In this document: one piece after another, positions 1 to 13,217 of the stretch
Position numbering within the stretch: position 1 is the first letter of the stretch
How the letters are laid out: each line of letters begins with the position of its first letter
NCBI RefSeq assembly: GCF_018350175.1
Contig: NC_058368.1
Coordinates: 105,402,001-105,466,000 of the forward strand
Source: Felis catus
Taxonomy: Eukaryota
DNA: 64,000 bases
Direction: 5' to 3'
Notes under the pieces: generated by a model
Databases searched by the model: none
What the model saw: the letters and a program-made list of their open reading frames with translations, nothing else
What the model was told of the DNA's origin: nothing
Program-made: the position numbers and the translations under genes

Positions 1-194
1 ATTTGGCCTCCTTGGAATCTATGTTTCTGGAAAACCATGCATTTTATGTGCAACACCAACATTTTTATGTCCCCAGTACTGAGTACAGGAGCCAATACTC
101 TGGCTCCATGAACCACTAAAAGTTCCAATGTTTGTGAGTAGTTCTATTCAATTCAAAAGTAATAATAATAAAAACAAGAACAACGGTAATAATG

Positions 195-520
195 ACATAT
201 AATACTAGGCTAAGCTACAGTAATAATAAAAAAAAACAAATCAAATTGCATTATGCAATCAAGTTTTATTTCACGTTCATGCAAAGTCCAATATGGTCCA
301 GAAGCCCTCCTGTGAAGTTCCTCTTTGATAGTGACTCAGGGATCCAAGCTGCTTGCATATTATAACTACACCATAACTGAGATTGCTGCTATGCAGATAG
401 AAGGAGTTGCAGAAAATATACTGGCTTTTAACTGTCTTGGCCCATAAATGCCACTCTCCTCACATTTCATTGGTCAGACTTAGTCACATGACTCCAACCC
501 TCCTGCAAGGTAGGCTGGGA
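195..520 (-). mobile_element. Old MLT1 (ERVL-MaLR) LTR fragment
   Basis: Motifs gtgactcagggatccaagctgc and cacatttcattggtcagacttagtcacatgactc resemble old MLT1 (J/K/L group) in reverse. Confidence 0.6.
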
Positions 521-589
521 GGCACAGAAGAGCTTAAGAATATTTGCCGAGCCTTTCCCACAAGTGGTGATGATTTACTGACCAATGCA

Positions 590-890
590 ATCTATATTCC
601 AAACACTATGCAAGTTAATTTATATGTATTATGCCAGATCCTCAAAACAACCTTTCAAGATATGTGTTATTAATTTCATTTTATAAATGAATAAACCAAG
701 ATTCACAAAAATTTGCTACTTATATTATGTCACATTCTCCCAGAAACCTTTAGAGGTGTGGATTATTAATTCTAATTTATAACGGAGACTCATAAACATA
801 AATGAATTTTCCAAAAGCCAAACGGTAAAAGTAGATTTGAACCCTGAACACGGGCCCATCTCCTTGCTTCTGCACATGATGTATACAACA
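590..890 (-). mobile_element. Degraded MIR fragments
   Basis: ttcattttataaatgaataaaccaag and ttataacggagactcataaacataaatgaattttccaaaag resemble the MIR core. Confidence 0.5.
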
Positions 891-2225
891 TATAACACTA
901 GGCTCTGGAATACCAGAAACAACAGGAAATACAGGAAAGAGGGGAAAGAGAGAGGTCCACTACTATTCCCATAACAGCCACAGCCACATCCACACTATGC
1001 TCTGATGCCACCAGGAGGTACTTAAACCTGGACCAGAGATGTAAGGACCAGTATTTCTGAAAGAAAACACCCCAGGCACTTGGCCTGAATCAGGTTTTCC
1101 ATGAAGTCAACAGCACATAAAGTTCATAATCTTCACTTCCAAGGTATCTTCCAAGCCTCTGGAAGGGACCCTAGAAATGTGCTCAGGGGATTTTGTATTT
1201 CTATAAAATATAAAAACGTGAGATCTTCTAACAGAAATTAGTTAAGGCCACTGTCTCTTTCCACTCCTATGTCCTAACGTCACTTTTCATATTGGTAACT
1301 TGCCGGGAGGCATGTTTAACATCCTCTTTAAGGAAAAATTGAATAGAGTATAAATACATTTACTTTGGCTTTGTTGAAATATATTCATGGATTCACAATC
1401 ACTTCCATGTATAAATATTATTGCAAGCCATCCTCGTGTAAGAAATGGCTTTCGGGAACATTTCTAATGCTTACTGTGACTACTCACCGGCCTCACAACA
1501 CAAACGTGCAGAGCCAGGGCTTGTATTGTGACGTAAGGTGCCCTATGACACCTGGCAACGGAAGTATGTGGGTGAAGAAGGAAACATAGGGAGTCAGAGC
1601 TAATCTTTGGAAAACTCTCCCAGGCATCAGACTTGTAAAATTGTGAGTGGAGAATGCAGTTCTCATAAATGACTGGTCAAAGTAGAAGTTTTCTTTCTGT
1701 CAAAGATACATTCCAGATTGCAGCAAATATAATTATAACCACACCATTATTTTTTTCCCTTTGGATGGCAATCACATGAAATAAAGTTTCTTGCAATTTC
1801 TGTGTTTGGAGGAATGCAAACAGAGTACACATGTGAATGAAACTTTTAGGTGTTTCCCAAACTTGACAACAATCTATAATTTTCTTGACTAAAATTGGGT
1901 TGTAGAAATAAAGACACTTTTGTAAACTATGAATAATAAAAAACAAATTGCAATCGACCATTCTGGTGAAAAGATTATTTTCTCTACAGAAAATGATATA
2001 AAAATTTTAAATTGTTCATATATGAAGAGGTAATCAAACGGCATACACCCAAAAATATTGGGGAAAGGGTGGTTTAATTTCAGGTACTTAATTTAATTTG
2101 TGGCATTGGTCAGTTCTTTTAAATTTCATGTGTATAAATTTCTTTTTCTAAATATATATTCACCTTCATACATACTTCTTATTCTTTTTCTTAAAGAGTC
2201 CTCCAGTTATGTAGGCTCTAGGCCC

Positions 2226-2786
2226 TGCTCTAGACTGAATGTTTGTGTCTCCCACTAAATTTGTATGTTGAAATCCTAATTCCCATTAGGAGATAGGGCC
2301 TTTGGGAGGTGATTAAGTCTTGAGGGTAAAGCCCTCATGAATGGGATTAGTGTCCTTATAAAAGATACCCCCATGGGGCACCTGGGTAGCTCAGTCGGGT
2401 ATGCCACTGACTCTTGATTTCGGCTCAGGTCAAGATATCACAGTCTGTGAGATGGAGCCCCGCCCATGTTGGGCTCTGTGCTGATAGCGTGGAGCCTTCT
2501 TGGGATTCTCTCTCATCCTCTCTCTCTGCCCCTCTCCCACTCAAAATAAATAAACATTTAAAAAAAAAATAAATACGTAAAAGAAACTCCCAGAGAGCTC
2601 TCTTGCCCTTTCCATCATGCGAGGATACACTGACAACACAGCCATCCATTTGCCAGAAGTGGGCCCTCTGTAAGTGCCTCGATCTTGAACTTCCCAGTCT
2701 CCTGAACTGCGAGAAATAAATATTTATTGTTTATAAGCCCCTCAGTCTATGGTATTCTGTTTTAGCAGCCTCAATGGGCCAAGACA
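2226..2786 (+). mobile_element. MLT1A-type solo LTR (MaLR), interrupted by a SINE
   Basis: Starts tgctctagactgaatgtttgtgtc, contains gggcctttgggaggtgatta and aataaa, ends gcagcc...aagaca. Confidence 0.85.
2375..2574 (+). mobile_element. CanSINE
   Basis: ggggcacctgggtagctcagtc head, (CT)n, aaataaataaa tail. Confidence 0.95.
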
Positions 2787-3470
2787 GTTGCTTTCCAAAC
2801 CTGGATATACGTCAGTAGATAAAATGCCCATCTTACTGACCCAGCAGAACTTCAATTGTTATAACATTTAAAAGCCATGAAAAAATAAAATAATAAAGGA
2901 TCTGGATGACAGTAATGTAGTTAGTTCACATGCCAGCCACTTCAAAGCAAAATAAGTTTTTGATGTTTTAAGTTATTCAACCCAGGAGATAAGTATTTAA
3001 TCTTCAGAAACATGTGGATTTGAAAATCCCTGCCAAAGATAAAGAACAGAGTCTTTAGATTATTACTAGTTATATTTTCCATGCAGATTTTATTTATTAA
3101 TCATCAGTATTATTCATCTTTAAAGAACACTTATGGCAAAATTAGGCCAGGGAATAAAGGTCGTTGGGTAAAAGTGGCCTTCAAACAACTAAGAAAGATG
3201 TCCTTTTGATCCATTCTACACAAAATGAAATAATTTAAACTCTCTAAGGAGACTTATAGTTTCTATATGGCAAAAGTGAAGTCGTATATAAAATATCTTT
3301 TGTTAGTGGATATAAAAATATCTTTAATCACCAGAATATGCAAAGAAATTGGATAGTTCCCAGGAAAAGAAGGAGGGAACTTAATATTAATGATTTGAAG
3401 CTTAATAAATAACGTGAATGATTATACTTAATACATATTTAATGGATTTTTCTTTTAAAAACTGTTGCTT

Positions 3471-3683
3471 AGGTGCCTGGGTGGCTCCATTGGTTAGACA
3501 TCCAACTCTTGGTTTTGATTCAGGTCATGATTTCACGATTTGTGGGTTCAAGCCCTGCGCCAGGCTCTGCATGGACAGTTTGGAACCTGCTGAAGATTCT
3601 CTCTCTCTCTCTCCCTTTCTCTGTCTCTCATTTTCATGTGCTCTCTCTCTCTCAAAATAAATAAATAAACTTTAAAAAAAAAA
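3471..3683 (+). mobile_element. CanSINE
   Basis: tRNA-derived head, CT tract, A tail; degenerate TSD aaaaa(c/g)tgttgct. Confidence 0.95.
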
Positions 3684-4399
3684 GTGTTGCTACTACCATC
3701 AACATCTCCAAAACTTCTGTTTGGAAAGCAGAAATGACATTTCTCATGTTGAATTTTTTTTAACGCATGAAGAGGAAAATGATACTAAAATAAGACGTAG
3801 TCCTTATCACTTTTTATCAGAATATCTCAAAACATGTTACAGAAATTTATTTCGTAAACTTAAGTTCTACATAATTCTGAATTAAGGCCACTATTTATTA
3901 ACTGGGCAATCTGTTACTTAGATGAAGTGATTGTCAAAGGGTGAAGTAGGAAATCAAATACAAAATTGAGGAGGGGAAGAGGGGAATAGAAGCTAGAATC
4001 CTGAGCACAAATTCCTGGACTAATCCATTCCAGTAAGTTTCTTCTTAAGATAAATGATTCTGTTTCTTCCTAAGACACTAAGGCCCTGTTTTCAATAACA
4101 AACATAGTTCCAGAAACTGTTTAATGGTCAATCTGAAAGTCATTCAAGGAGATCTAATTATAACTCCAGTGGTTCTTAACATATTTTGAACTACAGATAA
4201 TTTTAAAGAATCTGATTCACAAAAAATGTACAGAACAACAAATCAATAGAGAATATGCTTATAGTAGAAATATACATATTTTATATTTTATACAATATAG
4301 TATCCATATTGTATAAAAACAGTCGTAGTCACACTCTATCTCCTCCAAATTCTATTTCACTGAAATTCTAGGAAACAAACAAAAATATAAAGCTAAATA

Positions 4400-4580
4400 G
4401 GGGTTCCTGGGTGACTCAGTCAGTTAACCATCCAACTTCAGCTTAGGTCATGATCTCACAGTCCGTTGAGTTTGAGCCCCATGTTGGATTCTGTGTCTGC
4501 CTCTTTCTACCCCTCCCCAGCTCATGCCTCTGTCTCTCTCGTTCTCTCAAAAATAAATAAACATTAAAAAATATTTAAAA
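4400..4580 (+). mobile_element. CanSINE with internal deletion
   Basis: ggggttcctgggtgactcag head, A-rich tail. Confidence 0.9.
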
Positions 4581-5974
4581 TTAAATAAATAAGATTCCAG
4601 AATCTTTTCTCTCACTCTTTTTTTTTTTATCTGTAAAGGATTTTAGTGATCATCCAGTTAGCTTTCAACTTTCTTATTCTACATACCCAAAAGTTTAAAC
4701 TTGTCTGAAATAGTCATTTTGTTAGAGGCAGAGTTAGGACCTGAAAATAAATCTCCACTTCTACTGACACAGGACCATCACATATCAAACTGCCTCTTCC
4801 CAAACTTCTACCCATTTCCCCCAAAAAAAGATAAAGAAAAAAATTTCACAGTGGATGATCACTTGAAAAATGCACCCAGGTTATATCAGAATTCCTAAGA
4901 GCCTAACTTTTTTAAATTGTTTTTAATCAAAATAAAACTCATATTACCAAGAGACAAATGATGGGCATGTGATTTGACTTTTAAGATTAAGGATAGCGTT
5001 AGCACAGGTGTGAAAGAGAAAACTACGTGAAGGGTAAATGGAACTATATCCGCAGCAACCCTATTTGAGCCATATGCTGGATGCAGAGGAAAAGGAAATG
5101 AAAAACTGAAATGCAGCTGTCGCACTCCCTGCTATTTCCACTCAAACCCAACTATTTTTCCACCAGGATCCAACACATGTGTAGTGACACATGGAAACAG
5201 GGTGAACTCAGGGGAATAGAGTCAAGCATTCCTGATGCAGCACCCCCGAAGCACACGGCCACTCCCCATCCCCACCCCTATGGATGCTACATGTGAGAGA
5301 AGACCTAGTGACGGAAAAACCCACGTCACGGCAGAAAAGCCAAAAACTAACTCAGACACCTGGCTGCCATTTATTAATTACTCTGGCAGACAGTAGATCG
5401 TTAGATCTAAAACCAACCTAAATGGAAAATATCTTTATTCATTAAAATCAGAGCCAGAGCAGGGAACTCCTTTGGGACACTGAAAGATAATGGTACCAAA
5501 AACTAGTCATCAGTGAAGACTGTACAAACATAGGGAAGTAAGTTTTTCCATCAAAGTTTCTTAGGACAGTTCCTTATTTAGTTTTTATTTAGCAAAAGAA
5601 AACCTCTCCTTTGAATACAATGCATGACAAGGCTTAATTCATACAATGAAATGAAGCCTTCCTTTATTCCATATTCTCTTCATGTTTGTATATTTCTGAC
5701 ACTGCCATATCAACATTTTAAATTGAATCTTTAAATAATCATTAGGATGAGAGACACATCATTGGGAAGGCGAGGCTCAGTAGATGATCTTAGGTCAGGG
5801 ACTTCGCTGCATAGGTTCCAATAATTTTGTTTTGTGATATATCCTTTCCTTCTTAGGTATTAAGGTCTGGTTTGAATTCAGGTCTGCTCTTGAATTCAAG
5901 AGCTATGAGAGTAACTGAAAGGACATGTTTACTGCTAGAAGCCAAAAAGCTCCATTATAGTTTGTACCATATAT

Positions 5975-6460
5975 TTTATTCACTTAATTATTTACTTATT
6001 TGATGAGCATTTATTGACTCCCCCCCCCCCCATATGCCTGATGCCATGCACTGTGCTAGGTAGACGCATAAAACATGACCTAGTTTCAATACTGTTTCTG
6101 CCAAGTATTTACTTTACAACGAAGCATGATATTTAATTCCTGTGAGCCTGCTTCCTCCTAGGTTTATTGTACGAGCCAAATGAGTTAACATATGTAAAAT
6201 GCTCATTCAATAGTCATTTTACAAAAGCATCCTCTACCTTTGAGTAGCTCAACTTGAAAATATGACATATATATAAACAATTAACATGTAATTTGATATT
6301 TGCTACAACAGAGGGTGTGTGCACCAAGTAATATGAGAAGACAGAGAAAGCAGTGGCTAAATCTGCCTGGAGTGGGGATAGGAAGAGCTCATCAATGAAT
6401 CATCAGAGAGTAGGTGACCTTCAAGTGTGAGTACCAAGGGGCAGAAAGAGACATTCAAAA
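5975..6460 (-). mobile_element. L2 3' end with a MIR fragment inside
   Basis: tattcacttaattattt...gagcatttattgactcc...cactgtgctagg is L2 tail-like; 6080-6210 is MIR-like. Confidence 0.5.
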
Positions 6461-7492
6461 GAGCTAAGATTGACTGCATCAGGTCCCTGGGAAGTGAGTA
6501 ACCCCCCCCCCCAGCAGAAGCAGAAGAGTTCATCCCCTCAGGCTGGCAATGCTTCTGTTCTTGGGAACTGGGAGTTGCTCATCAGAGGTCATTCCTAGCA
6601 TTACCCACACCACCTGATGCTATTTCTTCCCTCTCCCACAAGCACAGGGTGAGAGGCCTGGCCCTTCTAAGGCAGCAGTTGGAGAAAAAGATAGGGCAAA
6701 ATCAGCAGAGGAGTTGTAGAGGAAGCAGGGTGGATACTACTGGATAAACCTAGAATTTCAAAAAAAGATAGTTAACATAATACACTCAGGGTACTTATGA
6801 CTTAGTATGCATTCTACTAGTAGACAACGTTTCCAGCCACTAAAATGTTGGACTGGCTGTTTCATCTAACACGTAAGAACAGTCACTATAGTCACAAAGC
6901 AGTGACTAATGAAACAATGACCTAGTATGGAGATGTCAGATAGAAGGTACCCTTGCCCTCTTCCATCCCAGGGCAGACATTATTAATCAATCTTTGCATG
7001 CTTTTCCATCGGTCCTGGATACAACCTCAGAATTTTGGCCCTTAATGTCATGACTGGACTAGTAGCTCTGTGGAGAATATGCTAATAACAAAGATACATG
7101 ATGTACCTATAGAAGGATCAGGGCTGAAGTCTCATTGGTTTGATTAAGAGTCGTACAAACCTGAGGTCCAACTTGACAATAGGTATTCACTACAAAATGA
7201 GTCTGAGACATTACATGGAATTTTGTGGATTGCCTTACTCAACATTTATGTCAACCACCTTCTAGAATGCAGAAGCTAGAAAGTTTAGAAGCAAAATCCT
7301 CTGGTCCCTTTAAATTTCTGGTTTTGGATTATGATTCAGAAGGGTCATCGGAGAGAGAGGAAGGTTTCCATGTGCATTTTCCTCATAAGGCTCTGTTGCA
7401 GATGCCGTTTGCCATCTGGTCAGCAGGAGTGACAGGGGTCTCCTGATCCAGGGCCTTCCTGGCCGTAGTGGAGGGAGGCTGCAGCAGCTTAC

Positions 7493-7631
7493 GTGGATGG
7501 CCAGTTCTGTAATGGGGTTTGGAGAGTCGTTCCTGAAGTTTAAGCTACAGTCCGTTTCTTCAGCAACTTTGTCCATAATGATTTCACAAACCTCGTAACA
7601 GCCATTGACCTTTCGGCTTATACTCTGTTGT
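7493..7631 (-). other. Candidate spliced exon (139 nt), product unrecognised
   Basis: Acceptor ttcatttgtag|A, donor CAC|gtaagc; one open frame QQSISRKVNGCYEVCEIIMDKVAEETDCSLNFRNDSPNPITELAIH; locally CpG-enriched. Confidence 0.3.
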
Positions 7632-7859
7632 CTACAAATGAACCTTGACTGATAAAGGCATGAAAGCCTATCTTAGACCATATTTGCTGGAGGAACAGTA
7701 TTTGGCAAAAATAGTTTGAACAGTAGGAATGTGAGTTAAAACTTACATTTTTGTAGTTTTAGCTATTAGCTCTGTGAAAATAAATTCAAACTCTGTATTT
7801 CTGCCTCCAACTTCTGATCCTTTCTGCCTTCTCTTGTCTCAAATTGTTTCCTGGACTTC

Positions 7860-8286
7860 TACACTTGGATTTCCTCATCACCAGGAAGTCATATATCAAT
7901 AATTTCATTCTTCATTTTGTATCTTTCATTACCCTGGTCACTTCAACTCAACATTTCAGCATAATCTGGCTTCCCTCTTTCTCACTTACCAAACCCTGAT
8001 AATTCTTCTGCATAACCTTTCTTCCACCTCTTTTCCGTTGCCACCATCGTGCATCTAGTTTTGGCCTTTTCTAGCCCATGCTGGCGCTGTGACACTGTTC
8101 TCCTATCCGGTTTTCCTGCTTTCAGTATCTTTCCAAACCTCTCACCCCTCAAATTTACTCAAGCTATGGTAACCTAATTAATATTCCTAAAGATCATTCT
8201 CATCTTGACATTTCCTACTCAAACATTTCCAGATTTCCAATACTTTGTGTTTTTTCTTTATTTTTTTTTAATGTTCATTTATTTTA

Positions 8287-8351
<65 letters not shown>

Positions 8352-8700
8352 GGAGATGGGAAGAGAGAGGAAGACACAGAATCCAAAGCAGGCTCCAGGC
8401 TCTGAGCTGTCAGCACAGAGTGCAATGCAGGGTTTGAACTCGCGAGCAGTGGGATCATGACCTGAACCGAAGTCTGACCCTTAATCCAACTGAGCCATCC
8501 AGGCACCCCTGGAATTCTAATACTTTGAATACAAAATTCAAATAACTTAGTTTGGCACCCAAGACTTCCACAAACTGACTGCCAACTATCTCTCCCAGAT
8601 TATTTCCTACCACTTCTCTCCTTTAATCAATGCTACAGCCGACTACAACCATATTGGACAATTTACTTCATCTAATTACACTATTTTAAAGAACAATGTC
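7860..8700 (+). mobile_element. Degraded L2 fragment (split by SINE)
   Basis: Pyrimidine-rich L2-like motifs such as ctcctatccggttttcctgctttcag and aaaattcaaataacttagtttggcacccaagac. Confidence 0.5.
8250..8509 (-). mobile_element. CanSINE with long (GA)n
   Basis: Reverse head tgagccatccaggcacccc; degenerate TSD ending aatactttg. Confidence 0.95.
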
Positions 8701-9799
8701 TTGTACACCATTTTCCCTTCTCACAGTGACTTTACTCTCTTCTCTACATTTCAGGTAATGTTGAATGGAAAATCATAATCCCTCCTCCATTAGAAGGAAA
8801 AACGAAGGGAGCAGACTCCACAGACTATCTGAATAACAAATAGAAGAGAATTACTGAATTGGGAAGATAAAAAATTTAGATGATTTTGATTGTTTCAGTC
8901 CAATGCCTATTAAACCTGAGTTTAATTTAGATTATTTGAGAGCAACCTGGTGTTAGTCTTGTGGTTCTCCAGGTAGAGAATAGTGTTCACATGGGTTGAA
9001 GCCATCAAAATACCCACATTACAATGAGAAATAATACCATTAACTTACAGAAATGTCTATTCTGATGAATGTGCTTATCCTTGTTGACAGACCAGAACAT
9101 GGTTAACTTTCACCAAGTGAGACACCCAGGCAGATGACTAGCTATTTGAAACCCTCCATCACTACTATATATTTTCTCTGTGAACATTTTAGGATCGGGA
9201 TCAGGAATGAATTATTCACTTTATCTCACTGGATGGCTTTGGCTCTCCTTGTAGAATAATGAAAAACTTTTCTTTTGCTTCATCGTCTCTCCTGTTCTCT
9301 GGGCTGCTTGCACCAGCAGATACAAAGATTCCCTCCCATTTAAGTACCTTCTTGACACACATCACTTCTCCTCTCTCCCTGCCTTGCCAGTTGCACTTCT
9401 CCAGTTGAGGGCTTTGACATGGCAGACTGAGTGATGCATCTGAATTCACACTGCTGATTATAATCTAAGGCTCATAGAATCTAAGGCTTTTTTTCACCTT
9501 GCTTGCCATCTGTACTCATATTACACAAGGGATGGATGTCTAAGGTTTCAAGTGTTATTTGGGGGCCCCTGCCAACTGTCAAAACCTGACAGGCTCCCAC
9601 AATCTTCTTTCCATGTCAACCAGCACTTTCCCAGAGGGTTGGGTGTTTCTCTTCTTCTTCTCTTCATCTCCTCCATATTCAGTTCCAAAAACTTTAGACC
9701 AGGCAAATACATTCTTCTGCATTCTAGTAAGACATGCCTGCCCCAGCTGAACGTCTATCTTCCTATTACCTGCAACCATGATTTAAAGACCCAAATCCC

Positions 9800-10011
9800 G
9801 GGGCGCCTGGGTGGCTCAGTTGGTTAAGCGGCTGACTTCGGCTCAGGTCATGATCTCGCGGTCCGTGAGTTCGAGCCCCGCGTCCGGCTCTGTGCTGACA
9901 GCTCAGAGCCTGGAGCCTGTTTCAGATTCTGTGTCTCCCTCTCTCTGACCCTCCCCCATTCATGCTTTGTCTCTCTCTGTCTCAAAAATAAATAAACGTT
10001 AAAAAAAAAAT
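9800..10011 (+). mobile_element. Young felid SINEC_Fc-type SINE
   Basis: CpGs retained; perfect 18-bp TSD tttaaagacccaaatccc (9782-9799, 10012-10029). Confidence 0.97.
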
Positions 10012-12229
10012 TTTAAAGACCCAAATCCCTATTCTCAGCTCCCATCTTGGTAAAGTGCCAATCCTTAGCTTTTAAAGGCCCGGAACCTCACTGGAAAAAG
10101 TGAATGACAATTTTCCTATGCCTAAGTCCATAAATTTTTTTCCCTATAAACTTATTGCCCTAATATGCTTCCAAACTGATTTCTTTTCCAAAAATGGGCC
10201 CCACAAGTCCTTTTAGACCCAATGGTTGCCTTGGGGAAAGGCAAGCAATGGGCCACATCAAATCTGCATATAGCCACATAGAGGGAATCACAACTTTCAT
10301 TTTTCACTCAAAAGGTTAATGTCACCCAATACTTAAGGCCCTCCTTGGGAATCATGATTCTTCTCAGGACAGCATTCCCCTCTTCGTTTCATATCCTTTT
10401 CCTTTTCCCTCTCCTCCAACTCACATTCTTCTGTTCTCCTTCCTCAAGAGCCAGGTATTGATGCCTCGTTACTGTTGGAAGTGTGCATGTTATTTCTCCT
10501 GCAGATACTCCAGGTTATCACACACTTCTCAGCATGAAGAGGCTCACATTACCGTGTTTAATCCTCCTTGGGATAGATTTTTATCTTCCCTTCCTCTTGT
10601 CACATTCTTCTACTTTTTATTCTCCTCATTCAGGTTTCAGTTCTCTGCCATCTTATTGGAATCCTGTGTTTCCTCGTTTTCTTATTTCCTTTATTCTCTA
10701 CAAGAACTTTGCATCCTTTTTTAAAATTATTATTCTCTAAGTCCCTTCACATTCTTCTCAATCCAAACTGCATTTGGTTGCCGCATATCTAGTTCTTCCT
10801 TCTGACAAGAACAACGGAGCACATTGTCTAATTTACCCTTAGATCCTTTCCTAGGGACAAGGAGTTCTAAGAAGTTCTAGGATTGGAACCTGAAATTGAA
10901 TCCTCACTCTTTGTGACTCCTATCCATTATTGCTTTGGTTGACAAAGTGCTTAATCATACATTTCTCTGCCAAAGCGGATACCTATTCTGGATATTACCC
11001 ATTGTACTTTATTCACCTACTCAGCTACATTCAAAGCTCAGGAGTGGGTGTCTTGGCGTGCCTTCAGAAATGTAAAACCCTCCCTTTTCCCATCTTGTAA
11101 ACTAGAATGATTAAAAGTTGTATTTCATCATCCATCAGGCCTAGCCAGGTAGCCCTCTTATGTGATCTCAGGGGGCTCTGTGCCTTTCCTTCATAGCCCT
11201 CTTCAGAGTTATTATCAATTATTGGAGTGCTCAGCATCTGAATTCTTAACATTGGAACCCACCTAACATTGGAAACACCCTCCAATTTAATACTTGTTAC
11301 CCAAAATTTGGATCACAGGCAATAGGTGTCATAATCATCGTCTTGAATATTCAGCAGTTGAGGGAGAGCTAACACTTCAACTTGCAGCAAAAGAAAACAA
11401 GAAGGACGATGCACTTATAGGCGTGTGCTCTGACTGTAGAGGGGGTGTCAGTCCACAGGCACTGTAGAAAGCAGGCTGCAGTCACTGAAGAAGATTATAA
11501 ACATCCTTGCTCCTGCCAGAACCTCCCAGGCAACAGAGCCACAGGAGACATCTCAGTGGAAAAGGCTGCTTGGCTTCACATCTAATTACCTGAGCACTAC
11601 GCTGGGCAATTAGGCAACTGGCCTCCAGGGTATGCTTGGTCACCTTGCAATAGGTATGTCTTCCTTGCATGGTCTGGAGCAACCCCTCACCTCTCTGCCA
11701 TCCAGGGCCATTTCTTTTCTCCTCAAGTCCATCAGGAAGAGCCAAGGAAGAGCCAAGTTGCTTTTCTCCTGCCCCAAGCTATAATACTTTTTTTCTTCTG
11801 AGATTTTAATAATTTTTAATGACTTTTTACAAACCCCTTTTGTGTTTTTAACTCATGGAAATCTGAAGGAGAACAAGTAAAGAAGGATAAAAGTGAACTG
11901 AATTCTAATCCTGACTTTGCCTTGGGCAAGTCCCATTTCTGGACTTTGTTTCTTTGGCTATTAAATAAGGATGCCATCTGCTTCAGGATTCAGTTTGGTT
12001 TTATTTTTACCTCAGGTAGACCCTCTAGGACAGAGTTTTTCAAGCTGGAAGTTGCAACTCAGTGGATTATAAAATCAGTTTTTGTAATGGACTATACAGA
12101 ATATATCAGAGTACATTGCACAGAAGGAAATCATTGTTACATGAATCTTTTGTTGGGTCTGGATGTGCATCTATGAGTTGGATGTTAAATGTATTCCTTA
12201 TTGTGGATAGAAGTAAAAAAAAATTAATT

Positions 12230-12480
12230 CTGCCCCTAGAATATAGCAATGACAGAAAGAAGGTACATTAGTGGTTTCCTGGGACTGAAGTAGAAATGGG
12301 GAGTGACTGTAAATGGACTTAAGATTTTTTTTCAGTGTGATGGGAAGGTTCTAAAATTAGATTGTATTGGTGGTTGTATAACTCTGCACATATACTAAAG
12401 TTCATTAAATTGTACACTGAAAATGGGTGAATTCTATGGCATTTAAATTACATAAAGTTATTTAAAAATTAAAAAAAAAC
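12230..12480 (+). mobile_element. Old L1M 3' end
   Basis: ggttctaaaattagattgtattggtggttgtataactctg...tgtacactgaaaatgggtgaattctatgg plus A tail. Confidence 0.8.
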
Positions 12481-13217
12481 ACTGCTCTAGAAGGCCATGG
12501 ATTTGATTCAAGACATCTGTGGACCCTCCAAAATTATATCATAAACTTTATTTTTCTAAGGAGAGGAAATATGGCTTTTATCATATTCTCAAAAGGGTCC
12601 AAGACTCAGAACTTTTAGAATGAGTTGATCACAGTGTCAGTTTCTGTCTAGCACTAAAATTCTATGATTCTAAAACCTTGAAGCTTAATTTAACTTTATT
12701 TCCTCAAAATACAATGATAAAGTTTTGCCTCCCATGCATTTGCAAGAGACCATTTATTCATCCAATAATCTGGTGGATTGGGCCATATGTATTTAAATAC
12801 TTTTTAAAAAAATTATTGTGAGGATTTTAGGTATTATCTATAGTGTTATCATTATTTGATTATGTTTTCTATATTTTATTATATGTACCTGCATTTGGTT
12901 TATATACACAGAGTTATGTGTGTTTTCATTCTTCCCGATCTGTGCAATAAGTTTTGGAGAGATTTATTCTTCAGACCCAAGGAAAACAGCATATTTATGA
13001 TCATGCTTACCTGATGAAGCTGACTAGACCTGTACTTTCTCTTTTCTCAACTAACTCATATTTAGTTTTTATTCCTACCTAAAATTTAGTAATAGCTCAA
13101 TTGATCAAATGATTGCTAGAGTGTAGGTAATGCTTTCCATTTACTATCCCATTTCTTCCTCACCACAGACCTGTGAGATATGCATTTTTACCTATTGTTA
13201 GAAATAGGCAAGCTGTT

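Larger units (their letters stand above)
1085..2810 (+). mobile_element. Zaphod/MER115-type hAT-Tip100 DNA transposon fossil, internally deleted, interrupted by MLT1A
   Basis: 5' part (ttaaggccactgtctctttccactcc ... cggaagtatgtggg ... atcagacttgtaaaattg) resembles Zaphod consensus; 1912-1977 translates RHFCKL*IIKNKLQSTILVKRL, like the hAT dimerisation motif ERSFSKL..IKN.LRSTM..ERL. Confidence 0.75.

Noticed and set aside
9216..9449. 77-aa minus-strand ORF
   Set aside because: Non-ATG start, no splice signals, no recognisable homology
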